Assembly (NCBI GenBank): GCA_001642005.1
Contig: LWCA01000063.1
Coordinates: 1-64,000, forward strand
From: Intoshia linei
Lineage: Eukaryota; Animalia; Orthonectida
DNA length: 64,000 nucleotides
Direction of reading: 5' to 3'
Below, in pieces: positions 41,814 through 55,300 of the stretch. Below the pieces are notes generated by a model. It ran no database searches, had not been told where the DNA came from, and was given only the letters and a program-made list of their open reading frames with translations. Both the position numbers and the translations under genes were made by a program. The number at the start of each line of letters is the position of its first letter. The stretch's first letter is position 1.

Positions 41814-44800
41814 TTATTTTGATATGTGAGGATTATCTTTTTTAATATATTCTATACGTAGTCGAGCAATTTCGTTGCACAAGTTTTTCATTTCACGCTA
41901 AATTTTTTATTAATTTATAAAATACCAAGTATAATACATAACATATAATGGGTAAACTAATAATGTATAATGTTACAAATTTAATTAAAAATAAGAGACT
42001 CTTAAGGTACTAGTTTATTAGGAAAGTTTAGTTTAACTGATTTGATATATTTAATGTATTGATTATTTTAAATTAATTCCTACAAACACATTCAGATAAG
42101 CCACCAATTACACGGCGCTGCTTTTGAGCAAATTTAAAAACATCTAACCCAATGATATTAGATCTTGTTCACGATGACGAAATTATCATAACGTGATGCA
42201 TCACGTAATTTCTTCAAGTCGCTGAATTGCTTAGTTTATGATTAATTTTTGTGAAGTAGAGTTTATTTTTGGTTTATTGGACATACAACAATACATTTCT
42301 TAAGTTCATTTCTTGAATTTATTTACGTATTAATGACATTGTAAATATAATTTCATAATTAGAATATATAAAATTATAAAAAAAATCGTCCACAAATATA
42401 TTATGGGTCAAAAACACAAAAAACTAGTAAATTTTACATACTCAAAACATATCCACAGTTGATTTATGATATACATAAATGAATGTACATTATACATTAA
42501 TATAAAAGCACTATGTTGATTGTTATTAACTACGTACAAACAGCACCTAGTTGTTGTAGTTTTAATTTTAATTTTAAACAAAATGCTTTGGAAATGAGAA
42601 TTTGAAATTTAAAAATTGCGTAGCAATTTAAAAAAATTTCGAAGGAATGAATTATATAGATTTTCACCTATATGTCTTTATTGGAATTGTGCAGACATTC
42701 AATGCACATTTTTTTTCAAATTGTAAGATCAATAGATTTTCAATTTTTATTTTAATCGAAATATTTGAAAAATATTGGTTGATAATATATTAAAAGTATT
42801 TTTCACCCGGGAATGCGTAGATTTCTCGGATTGAAATTATGTATTTATATAGTATGTAAAATCGGATTTTATAAAAGAATATTGGTGTAAGTCAATTTTT
42901 CCATGAGGGCTTGAAATAATATTTTTGATTAAATTTTATTAGTGGTGGGATTTTTGAAATGGTAAATTTTAAATATTATAATATAATCATATTTTCATAG
43001 TAATAACATAAATCAAATACAGGTATGTCTCAATTTTTTTCGGGAAATTCCGGAAATCGTAAAAATCCCAAGAAATTTAATTCCCGGGAATTTTGTCCCG
43101 GCACAATCACTACCATTGGTGTGTCAATTTTTGAGATTTACAACAATTTTAATGATTTTAAAGCGCCTCCGAGAATTTTTTTTTTAATTTAAATTTTGAT
43201 TTGATTTTATTTAAAAAAAAAAGTAAATTGGGTTGTGGTTCTGAAATTCAAATTCTAAAACTGAAAAATAGATAAAAAATATTCCCTGCGAAACACTGTA
43301 TTAGAAATTAGGTTTTAATAAATTCTTCGACTGTTAACGTTTTAACCCTTTCACTGTCTGTGTATTTTATACTATACACAGCAATTTCACTTCATACGTC
43401 TGTGTATTCTATAATATACACAGAATAATTTTAAAAAACAATATTCTTTTATTTTCATACATTTTCAGATAGGTTATTTAAAAATAATACAAGTTTAAAT
43501 TAAAACATAAATTCCAGACGTGTGGTGATGCATCATAAAATAGTATTAGACAGTGAAAGAGTTAAATATACGGTAAGATACTCAGACACACACAGACATT
43601 CAATTTTAATAAATATATAATAAATATAAAGATTTTATAGTCAAATATAAACTTTAAAATATTCATTGTTAATTTTTTCATGAATTATTAGATATATTCA
43701 TTAATAATTTTACCATAACAACAGTAATATTTATAATGGTTAAATTAAGTGACCTAATCATTATTTATACAAATTTTTATGAAAATTGAAGATGGTCAAG
43801 TTACTAGCATATGTTGTTTTTATATGTAATTGTCAATGGGTAATAAACTTACATAAATGATAGCAGGATCAATATCTTGAAATTCAATTTCTGGTATATC
43901 GTACAAAATTGTACTTTGAACAAATGCAGAAACAATATTATGGGGATCAAAGACACATTGTTTTCTAAGTAAACTTGGGTTATTCAGTCTATATTTGTTG
44001 TTTAATATATGTTTAATAATCTAAATTATTATTTACATTATGCTAATACGAATATTCATTACATTATATATCGTACATTAAATTCTCGATTCCAACCTCA
44101 CTGTATCATACAAAATCGTCTAAAAATTATAAGGGTCACTACAGTTCATTGGTGCAGTTAAAAAGTATCAAAAATTAAAAATTAAGAATTTAATTTGTTA
44201 ACTGTCTCGCTACCAGTGGATTGTATGTTATGAAGTAAGTCAAGGTAGGATTATCCGATTTATGCATCATTATTAATATTATTTAAAAAGTAATTTGGAC
44301 CAGAAATATATGGACTTCTGAGGTTGAAAGTTTTGACTTTACATTTTACCTTACTAGAAATGTTGAAAATTTCAAAATGTTACCACACGCATAGTGTTGA
44401 TGAAATAATATCAAATAAATAAAAAGCGTAAATAATATATATTGTGCTTTTGACAGTGAAGACGTCAATTTATCTGATTTTTTTAAAATTCTAGACCCTT
44501 TTCATTTTTAATTGGTATTTTTGATCATGGAGAGGGCAATTACAGATTTTAAAAATTATATTACATTATACACCCGAAATATATGACGAGATTATTGTTT
44601 TTGAAATTTCTTAGACTCAATTTTCTAAATAAATGGTTACACACAAAAACAAATTTCTAGAAACTTTTACATTATCGGTAATGATAATTACTGTATAAGT
44701 AACGATTTATCCTCGTATTTTCTTGTTCGATCCAATACGGGATACCAAGATGATAATTATAATTAAACTTTCAAAATTTAGTTTGGACAAAGTGTTTATC

Positions 44801-47800
44801 AATTTTTAATTAATTTTTATTAATTTTATAAATCTTTATTGACACAGGCTTTCCCATCCTCATTTATTACTATTATAGAATGATGAACATATTTCACTGG
44901 AATCGTTAATATAATTTACTATAAATTAGGAATTTACGACATACCCACGGTAATAATATTAAAAAGATAGCAATAATTGTAGGCAAATATGATATAAATG
45001 AAATTAAGTGTTTTATTTCAGGAGCAATTGGTTTCCAAGTTATGCTAAATATATATTAGTATATTTAATTACTAATTTATAATACAAAAATAATTACAAT
45101 TAGTATATAAATAATTTAAATTATTACCGTAAAATCATAAAACTTGTCATTAAAACTATTTCAAAGGTGACAGCCAGCATATTTAAATAATTTTCTTGTC
45201 GGTTTTTGGAGTATTTAATAATTATAATATTTTCTCGGCAGCAAAACAGTAGAATTGTTAATCTTGCTACATGTGCATTATTGTTAATTTAAAACAATTA
45301 TATAATTAATATTAAAATATATTTTGTATACATGGTTATTAAAAAATAATATGGATATCTCATATATGTTATGGGAATAGCCAAAGACTACTGTATACTT
45401 AATTTGGTTTAAGCTGTCCTTGGAATACCGTAAAAATTATTTTTATAAATTTTCTGCAACTAAAAATAATTCTTAGTTTGTCACTAGTGTCCGCTCCTTT
45501 TTGAATTGTCCCAAAATAATTATTTTTAAAACTATTCATCGAAATATCAATCCAATGAGGATTACATACTAAAACGTACTTTCTCAGTTTCGATATTTTA
45601 CTTTTTTTTGGACGCCCTAGTGCCCATACAGTGGATTTAGCTTTTTAGATTGAATATGTGATTAGAAAAATCTACAAAGCTTAATGACATATAAGCTAAA
45701 GATAGATTTTTCACCCATATTTCTTTATTGGAAATGTGTAGACGTTCAATGCACATTTTTTGAAATTGTAGATTTACATTTTCATTTTTATTTTAATCGA
45801 AACATTTGAAAAATATTAAAAATTATTTTTCATCGGGAATGCGCACATTTTTTGGGTTGAACTTTTTTATTTATATCAACTGAATTAAGCTCTAACAAAA
45901 TAATTTTTTTTTTAATTTTCGGACCGATAACACATTTTTTGTTTTTATAAAATATTTCGGAAAAAAAATATATGAATACTAAAATGCTTTTTTGACCATG
46001 AATTCGTCACTTATTCGGATTGAAATTTTTTGTGTGTGTTAACAGGATACAATCATCTAGTGAACCACTTTTCTATTTTTTACAGGTGTATTAGAAATAG
46101 TGGATATAACTAACGGGTATTAAATTTAAAAAAGGTTATGAAACCATGAATTAGATATTTACGGACATAAGACAACGCTGCTTGTTCTACAACAACTATA
46201 TAATAATGGCAATACAATTATGATTAAAAATTATATAACGGTGCTACAGCCGACAAGGTCCCAGAAATATTATTATTATGGCGAATAAGAGATTTCATGA
46301 CTAATTTAACGAAAAAACAATACTACGTGAATTTTTTTTCCAAAAGTTAATAAAGTTCAATAAATTTGATTTGTAAGTTAAATTTTTTTGTTTTTATAGG
46401 TTAAAAAAAAATCGCCCTATTTATTATACGTCCCGGAAAAAACTGTAATTGAAATGTGGACTTTATAAAATTCTAAGACTAATAGTTATTGGAATAAACC
46501 AGTTTTAATTTAATTAGTTTAGTATTTAGTTAGTTTTTTTTAATTGATAAAAGTAGTAAAAGTTAACACTCTAATGTATATTATACAATGTAAAATGCAC
46601 ATCAGTGTGCATTTTTATTCAACATTGGATTAAATAAGCGGGATATTATTGAGTTTTACCCAAATAAGCAAAATATTGAATCCATTGGTCTGTACATTGG
46701 AAATTGGGTAAACTATTAGATATCCGAGTTGAATTAAATGTAATACTTTTTACAGTATTGTTTGTATCAAAATATATTTGAGAATCATTTGAAATTAGAT
46801 TATTATTGATTATGGTGCAATCATACATATTACTTACACCACTTTTATTGTAGTAATACAGCACAGTAATAGTCCAAGTAATTAGAGAAAATAATAAAAT
46901 TGAAAATAATATGCATAATTTCTTCAGGAGCATATTTTCAGTAATCATTACTCGTCGAGCTGTAATACTGGTGAATGATGCAGCAATTCTATCATAAAAT
47001 ATTAAAATTAAATATATATTCATTTTAATAATACATATTGTATTTATTATTTTTATTTAACTGACAATTCCTCGTTAACGGAATTTTTTGTAAACTAACT
47101 TTAAATTAAAATAATGAGAAATTAAATATTTTTTTTTATAATATGTTATACCTTTGAATTTACTACGTGTACTAACAAAATTATTCAAATATTTAAAAAC
47201 ATACTTATTTATATAAAGTTAAGTAATTGTTGCTAAAAATGTGTATCTTACACTGTGTAACCGTAATTTAGATAATTTATGAAATAATTAATAATCTTAG
47301 AGCATGGGTTCTAAATTTTTTTCTGTTTGGCAACTCAAAAATTTAATATTATAACTACGGTAACAAAAAATTTATAGATTAAATGGTAAAAATAGCTTTG
47401 AATTTAAATTATAAAAAACTTTTCAATATAAACAACACTGTGGTTTGTCTGATTTATTAGTATCATTTATTTTAATGACTCCATAAAAAATATAATCATC
47501 ACTCTATTTTCTTTTTTTTTGATAATAATTTTATATTAATTAATTTATTATTCAAAAATTTTCTGCCCTCCCCCACAAACTGATTTGACACACAGGTTAA
47601 AAACCCATGTCCTATGTTCTATTAGACCTGATTTAAGTTGATTTAAATAAAAAATTACAAAGTTTTAATTATTAAAATGTTTAATATGTGTATGTACGAG
47701 TCGTATAGTACGACTAGAATGAAGTATTTCATAAATTATAAAACTTATTTACCATAATATTTTGTATATATTATCGAGTAAATGTGTATATTAATTATAC

Positions 47801-49950
47801 AAAAATTGACTCAATTTTTGTGAAATATAAAAAAATACATATTCCGTTAATCTGGACTTTTCTCCGTTAACGAGGAATTATTTTACATAATAATTAAAAA
47901 TTTTAAAAACTTACTTGTATGATCGTAAGTAAATTGGAGCATACATCATAAAAAATCCAATTTCATCAAGATTAAAAATGAATAAACAAATCAATATATT
48001 GGCGGGTAGTAAGTTTAAAAATAACTAAATTATTTCATTATGTGTGGATGATATGGTTTAATGACTATACACCAGGGGTCGGCTACCTTTTATATCAATT
48101 GAATAAAATTTCTGAAGTAAAATTAAATTTCTGGTACAATTGTACCAAAATACAAGAAATCCTATCAATTCGATAGAAAAAAATGTATTAATGCATTAAT
48201 TTAAATAAGTAAATACTAATAAAGTATCCTCACTTCAACTGGCCAATTCCGTACCTCGTCATTCATTTCAATATGAAATTTATTTGATTAACAGGGGACC
48301 AACAGAGCGATTTTTAATTTTAAGACAATAAACAATGTATATAATTAATATTCTTAAAAATTTTTTATATGAGGCCTAATGTTTTCTCTCCACGCCCTGA
48401 CCTAACGTACCCAAGACCCATAATCGTAAATTACCCATTGTTTTGAAAAATAAAAAAAGTCTTAGAATTTAGTAAAATTCACACTTAATTGAAATCTTTC
48501 TAATTAACAAACAAAAAAATTTCAATCTGAAAGTGATACCTTCACAATCAAAGAAGTAATTTAGTGTTTACCAATTTTTTGGGGAAACTATTAAACTATA
48601 AACCTTTACTTATATAAAATAACTAGAATTTTTTTTTGACCGTGAAGTCATCACGTATTTGAATTGAAATTTTTTGTGTGTGTTAACAGGATTTAACTGT
48701 ACAACCTGTAAAATATTTGAAATTCTAAGGCTTTTTTCATTAAAAAAAGAAGGGTAATTTGGGGTTTTGGCCCTGAAGATATATTTTTTTAAATTTAAAT
48801 TTATGATAATTGTAGTGATATCCGAAATAAAAAGGAAGATCGATTGTATTTTAAAATATAAAATTTATAGAAACAAATTTATTTTAATAATCAGTTTATT
48901 GTTCAAGTGTTCTGATACTATAGCAACGCTACAATAATGTTTATGATTTTAAAATCCGTATCAGAGTACATATATATTTTTTTAAATTCTTGAACTCGTA
49001 TAATTATCAAAAAAAGGACAATTGAATTTTTTAAACCGTAAGATGTGAGTTTGGGAGGTTGAAATTTATGAAATTTGATAACACCCCCGGAAAAAACTGT
49101 AGTTGAAATGTGAACTTTATAAAATTCTAAGACGTAGTTATTGAAATAAACGGTAACACACACAGAAACAAATATTGCATAACATATTATATAAGTAAGG
49201 ATATTAGTTAAAAATTTATATCTGTTTGTTTCAGTTTATTTAATAAAATAAGATGTGTAGAACGTTAAAAACACCAATTGCTAATACAGTTTTTTGATTG
49301 CAAGGTTTTATTACAAATTTATTTTTCAGAAATTGATTCCTTCAACGTCAAAAACCGAAATTATTTTTGTTTTTTTTTTAAATAAAATGAGTCCTAAAAT
49401 TTAAAAAAATGTCCATCCTGATACAGTTTTTATAATTATGAGTAGTATTAAAAATTTAACTTGGTTAAAATTATCTTAAACTGAAATATAACTATATTAT
49501 CATTTAAAAGTATTAACAGCTCCAGCTCGATAGGTTCGGCTCTGAGTATAGTTATTTAGATTATAATTTAAACATATTTGTTACTGTGTAAAAAACCATT
49601 ATATATTACATTCGGTGACCTGATAAAGCAAATAATGATTATAATACATATATAAAAATAAACCGAAACAAAGCGTATAATGCATCCTACCGGTATAATT
49701 AGTAAAATATGAATGAGTTTAGTTTTCACAACCTTAAAAAGCAAATTAAATTATTGTAAAAATAAAAAATTACCGATTTTCGAACCGTCAATAGATAAAT
49801 AAATATGGAAACTGACGTAACAATAAATAAAAAATTTAACACAATAATAATAATTTCAATATATGTCAGATAAAAATATAAAAATGTTTGAAACTGTTGA
49901 AATTTGGAATCAACTGTTGAACAAAAATATTGAGAATCAAATTGATGCAT
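41814..49950 (-). CDS. Class C GPCR, GPR158/GPR179-like 7TM receptor (5' end uncertain)
   Basis: Exons at ~49950-49774, 49732-49664, 48025-47915, 46990-46661, 45266-45128, 45044-44945, 44020-43853 and 41897-41814 give seven TM segments. Motifs: GFFMMYAPIYLRSYKIAASFTSITARR, QENYLNMLAVTFEIV, LILLPW, and the C-terminal DPAIIYREMKNLCNEIARLRIEYIKKDNPHI (GPR158: DPEDIRDELKKLYAQLEIYKRKKMITNNPHL). Confidence 0.82.
42522..42850 (-). mobile_element. Helitron family 3' fragment
   Basis: Begins with a degenerate terminal hairpin gttgattgttattaactacgtacaaacagcacctag; the body matches 60360-60640. Other fragments lie at ~15480-15650, 30560-30750, 39005-39095, 45705-46050 and 46410-46500. Confidence 0.7.
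43346..43561. mobile_element. piggyBac-type MITE nested in a Helitron fragment
   Basis: TIRs ccctttcactgtct / agacagtgaaagag with TTAA on both sides (43342-45, 43562-65); internal repeat gtctgtgtatt..ata.tatacaca. Confidence 0.85.
48625..49201 (-). mobile_element. Helitron family 5' portion with intact A|TC start
   Basis: The minus strand reads a|TCCTTACTTATATAATATG...tgtttctgtgtgtg; it matches 60770-61200. Confidence 0.8.
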
Positions 49951-51653
49951 GTAAATTTTATATTATTTAATGTTGACTTTGTTGACGGAAAGTAAAAAAA
50001 TACTAAATAATAATATCTATAATGACGCGAAAAAATGAATTGTCATAATGTAAGTTGTTAAATTAGTACAGTCAGCTTTAATTTTACTTTATATTAATCG
50101 TTTAAAATGACACAAGTAAATCCCACATATAAATAATCAATGTTGAGATGGTGTGTATATGCAGTTGACTGTATTTAATCGATACACTTAATAAATTTTT
50201 GTATTAAAATTTTAAATATTTAATTAAATGTCGTTACATATTTAATGGAGCATATAGTGCAGCCAAAATTTTAATCTCCTTTATGGAAAGTTTATTATTT
50301 GAGTTACATTTATCAATAAAATCAATCCTGTTGAATTTATTGCAAGTCAAGTATCTTATTATCATTGTATAATTGTAATTATTCAATACACATGTAAATA
50401 TAAATGTATATTTGTCAAGAATGTTTCGTATTGGTAAATGATATTGAATGTCGTTCAAAATCGATGCTTTTAAATTAAGATTGTTTAGCTATTAGATCGT
50501 TTTCATATTATAGTAATTCAATGTGATAGTAGATAACACAAAATACATTTATTTACATTTAAAATATTATTTCATTTTCTCAGCTTGGTGCATGAGTCAT
50601 GATCAAACTAGGCAAGTATTTTTATTTTGTTTAATACATTTAATGTAAACACGATTTAGATATTTAATATTTTATAATATCATAATTAAATATTGAAAAC
50701 ATAATTTACATTACAGACATGTAATACCATAGTGTATTAATATAATCACATTATATTTACATTTTAATACATTGTATTAAAAGTACATTGTACATTTGAT
50801 TTATGTTATTTAATTATTACGTGCGTGGTACGTTATTATTTACGATTATTGGATTTTTACGATTTCCCGGGATTTCCCGAAAAAAATTGTATTGAAAATT
50901 GACATACCTGTATTTGATTTATGTTTGTTATTACTATAAAAATATGATTATATTATAACATTTAAAATTTACTATTCAAAAATCCTACCACTAATACAAT
51001 TTAATCAAAAATACACTTTAAAGCCCTCATGGAAAAATTGATTTACACCGATATTCTTTTACAAAATCTTATGAAAAAAATCCACTTCATACAACTACAA
51101 ATAAAAAATCTAATTTTCCAGCCTTTAATCGAAAAAATATCCTTTTTTTAAAAACCTTTTATTCCAACCACAAATTACTAAAGCTTAAGGAAATTATCTT
51201 CTTTTTCCAATATTATTTTTGAAAATATTTTGAGTTTTTACGAACTGGAACGCTATCATCAAGGTTGTTAAAATTAAAGGAAGCTCTTATGACTGTTCAA
51301 CCTACGCCAACACAAAATAAAAGAAATTTCTCTACTGCTTCTAATTTCGTTACAAAACTTAAAACGTTTTTAAAAGACGAATCTATCAATATTATGTGTT
51401 TTGAAACACCTTTTAAAATAAATAAATTTTTTTCTAATTAATTTTGTAAATTTCAATCTAGATTCGTGTTATTAAATTAATTAAATTTTTTTTATTTTTA
51501 AAATTAATTATGTTCTCTAAAATTTTTTATTTTTCCCGGGAAATTTAATTTTTAATGTCCCGGTTCTCGACTCTTGTCTTTTCCCGGGAAATCACAATCA
51601 CTATATAAATCAATTAAATATCGCTTTCATAAAATTTTTTGATAATCCCAAAA

Positions 51654-51983
51654 CAGGGGTGTCAATTATGTGGCCCGCGTTATAATATACATTTTTATTT
51701 TTATCACAATTTTCTACACATATTTTTTTTTTTACAGTTTTTTCATGATTACAATTTTAACATTAATTGTACCCTTATTCTATTATAATAGTTAATGGAT
51801 AATTATCATTCTTTCCTATTTCATTTTACAAAAAAAATATTATATTTTTTTTTTTTATAAATTATTATAAATTAATTAAAATTGTTAGTTTTAGCATGTT
51901 TTGATTAAAGATTTTTTTGTGTGGCCCACGCAATATTTTTTTTCACATTTGGATCGCCAAGCAAATTGAGTCTGCCACCTCTG
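51654..51983. mobile_element. hAT-type MITE (same family as 24837-25126)
   Basis: caggggtgtca ... tgccacctctg; cccaaaa on both flanks. Confidence 0.7.
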
Positions 51984-52311
51984 CCCAAAAAATATAAATT
52001 TAATTACAGATTATGTACTGACTTATGTTTAACCATGGAAACAATACATTATTGCAATTTAGTTTCTATGTGTAACTAGGTTAAAGTTTCATTTTTCATA
52101 CTATAACTGCTAGCATAATGCTAGTAGCATTTAGTCTAAAATTTAAATGGAATTTTTATAGGCTTGCAAGTTGCAACGCTTTGGTTTTAAAATACAATGT
52201 TACAATTACAGTTAATTAAATACAATTTTAGTTTATTTTGCTTTTCAGATTCTGATATGATAAAAATAAAAAATGTTTATTTAGACGAAAATTAATTTTT
52301 TTTAAATTATA

Positions 52312-55300
52312 ATGGGAATTTGTGGACTATGGTCAGTTATAGAAAAATGTGGTATACCTATTAATTTAAAAGAAATGATTGGAAAATGTCTAACTGTTGG
52401 TAAATTTAATTTTTATAATTAACTTCACAACATAATTAGCTTGTTTTTTTTAACTTTGCATAAACAATAAGTAACTATATTGAGGATGGCAGTTGAAATG
52501 CATTTATTCAAAGGATGAGTATTTATTTATACAGTAAATTAACGAAATATACTTATTAGTAACGATTTGTAGATGAATATTATTTTCAATTCATTTTTAT
52601 ACACCAACAACAGGGGCAGATCCAAGAGGGTAGTTAATGGGGTGCAAGCGAAGCGAGCAATATATTTAACTTCGCCCAAAGCAAAAAATTTTTTAGGGAC
52701 GTCTCTTTTAATATCAAGGCGTCTAGTTTGATTTTAAAGCGTCTCTTTTAATTTCATTTAAAGGTTGTTATACAATAGTTTTTAAATTCGTATTGTTTCG
52801 CAAAAATAAAAAAAATGTAATTTTATGCGCCATCTATATTGTTTGAATAAATTAAAACCTTTTTTCAGTCATTTTACAAAACATTAATTAAAAATTTAGG
52901 GGGTGCAACTGCACCTTCTGCACGCTTGAATCCGCCACTAAACTAAATAATACACCGACAATTTAACAAGCAAATATTACTTTGAATTTGATATAAAATA
53001 CTGATTACCACATATATAATGAACCATAATAATTTTTCCGGACACAAAATTGATGGGTAAGACTCGATAAAGGTGATAAGATATACTACCAGTATTAGTT
53101 TATTTAACTGAACATGGAGAGATTTCGATAATGATATGGTCGATAAATAAGTATTTTCGAATGATATTTACCGAAATAAAAGTCAATGAACCAGGAAAGG
53201 GATGAAGAAGATATATTTTACATTAAATTTTATAGAAATTAATTTAACAAATATAAAATGTATATTATTTATGTTTTATAAAATAAATTCACCAAAATAA
53301 AAGGGAATGGACCAATAAAGGGGTGATGATATATACTAAGTTTTAAATAAAAAAATATTGAAATTGATGTTATTTGATTTTTATATTTTATTACTTTCAG
53401 ATATAAGCATATGGATACAGCAAGGAATTTGTGTAGCTGAAACAAATTACAATTTACAATATGGTCAAGTGAATGCGTTTGTTTTGAGAATGATATTCAT
53501 TAGAATTACTAAATTACTGAATTTTGGAATCCAACCCATATTTGTTTTTGATGGAGCCAAACCAAGTTTAAAAAGATTGACTATTGTATTTTTTTATATT
53601 ACTAGCTTTTCTGAATTGTACGCTGTACAAACATGTATTGGCATTACCGTGCGATATTTTCCACATGTATCTTAACATACTTTAATTAAACCACGTGTTC
53701 CAACACTAATTTCATTACGGGTCGGTAATTTACTATTCAATTTCTCATGGACCAGTAAAACAAAATAACTAGGAAAAATTTGAAAAAATACGATATAAAA
53801 TAAATTATAATTATTTTATTTCAGTTTTCAAAAACATTTTCCACGGACCGGCATTTGGGAACCGCTGAATTAATCCATTAAGTTAAATTTTAAAATAAAC
53901 AGAAAATACTAACAAAAATAAACTAACCTTTCTGGAATGTTTCAATAAGACATGTTTTTTTATACTTTGTAGAAAATTTAAATCTCATAAATACACTTCT
54001 TCACAGTCAAAAAACATATAAAATGTTTAATTAGTAATTTTTTGTTTATTTAACCAATTTAGTATAAGTTAAATATAAAAGCATTCAAACATTTAAAAAA
54101 TTCCTAGGGTACGCGCCACGCCATTTTTAACGTTCTATAAATTCAAATTTTAGAAAAAGCGTCAAAAATTACGTCAAAACCAAAAAAATATTTACAAAAT
54201 TGTAGATGATAAAGTAATATATTCAGACACGTATCGTAAAAGGATTCGAAAGATGTTGAATGTAGAATGTAATAAAATGAAACTAGATTATTCAAATCAT
54301 TCAAAAAACATTAAATGTTCAAATAAAAATGAAACTAAAAAAAAATTTAATGATTTTGATCGAGTGGTTTCATCTAATAAAGAATCAATTGCAAATAAAT
54401 CAAGTTCCAGTGATGAAGACTTGGTTGAAATATACAATAGTGAAAAAATGTCGTCAACTCCAAAGTTGAATGAAAATGAAGCGAATGAATTTGTAAAGGA
54501 TTTAATATCAAAAGATTGGAATGTATTGTGTCACAAAAGTCTCAAAAACAAAAATGAAGGATATATTATGGCTAGTAAAGGAAATATGATAAATAAAATA
54601 CAAAATACAAATAATAAAATTAATGAATATAAACAAAAAGATTATAATCCTGGTAAAAAGTCTATTAATTAAAATACGAGTATTATTACATAATCAAAAT
54701 TTGATTAATTACTATTATAGAATATTAGAGAGTCAGAGTTTCATCGGTTTTGATTGTTTTTAAGCCGACCAACTTTTGTCCTATGAAAAAAAATTTAATT
54801 TTTTTGTGTGCACGTGTGTTACACATGACAGCTAAAAATTTTTCATTAACGTATAAAGCTTTCCAGCCTCTAGCCACCTATCCACGTGTTTAGACTTGAC
54901 AATATACGTTTTTTTAATAACTAAAGATTTTAGCATTGTTTAAAATGGAATTTGAATCAGGAATATTAGACCCCATAAACTTATCTAGCAATACTGATGA
55001 ATCAATTGAATCGGACTTGGATTTAGAAATGGAATATGACATTAAACAATCTGATATAAAAGACATGGAAAAATTTAATTTAAATTCAGAAACTAAACAA
55101 ATTTGGAAAAATATGGACATAAAGGTTAGTTTTAATTGATCAAAAATTTGAATTCCATTATAATATATTATTATATACATTGTATATGGAAGGGGTTCCC
55201 ATACTTTTTTCTCGATAGACCGGTAATAAATTACAAAATTTATCGCGGACCACTAAAGATATATTACTAGGCAATGTTAAACAAAATTGACTTATAATTA

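Noticed and set aside
41857-41897. ATG-initiated exon MKNLCNEIARL as the start of the second CxW gene
   Set aside because: It aligns with the GPR158 C-terminal coiled coil and is the last exon of the GPCR.
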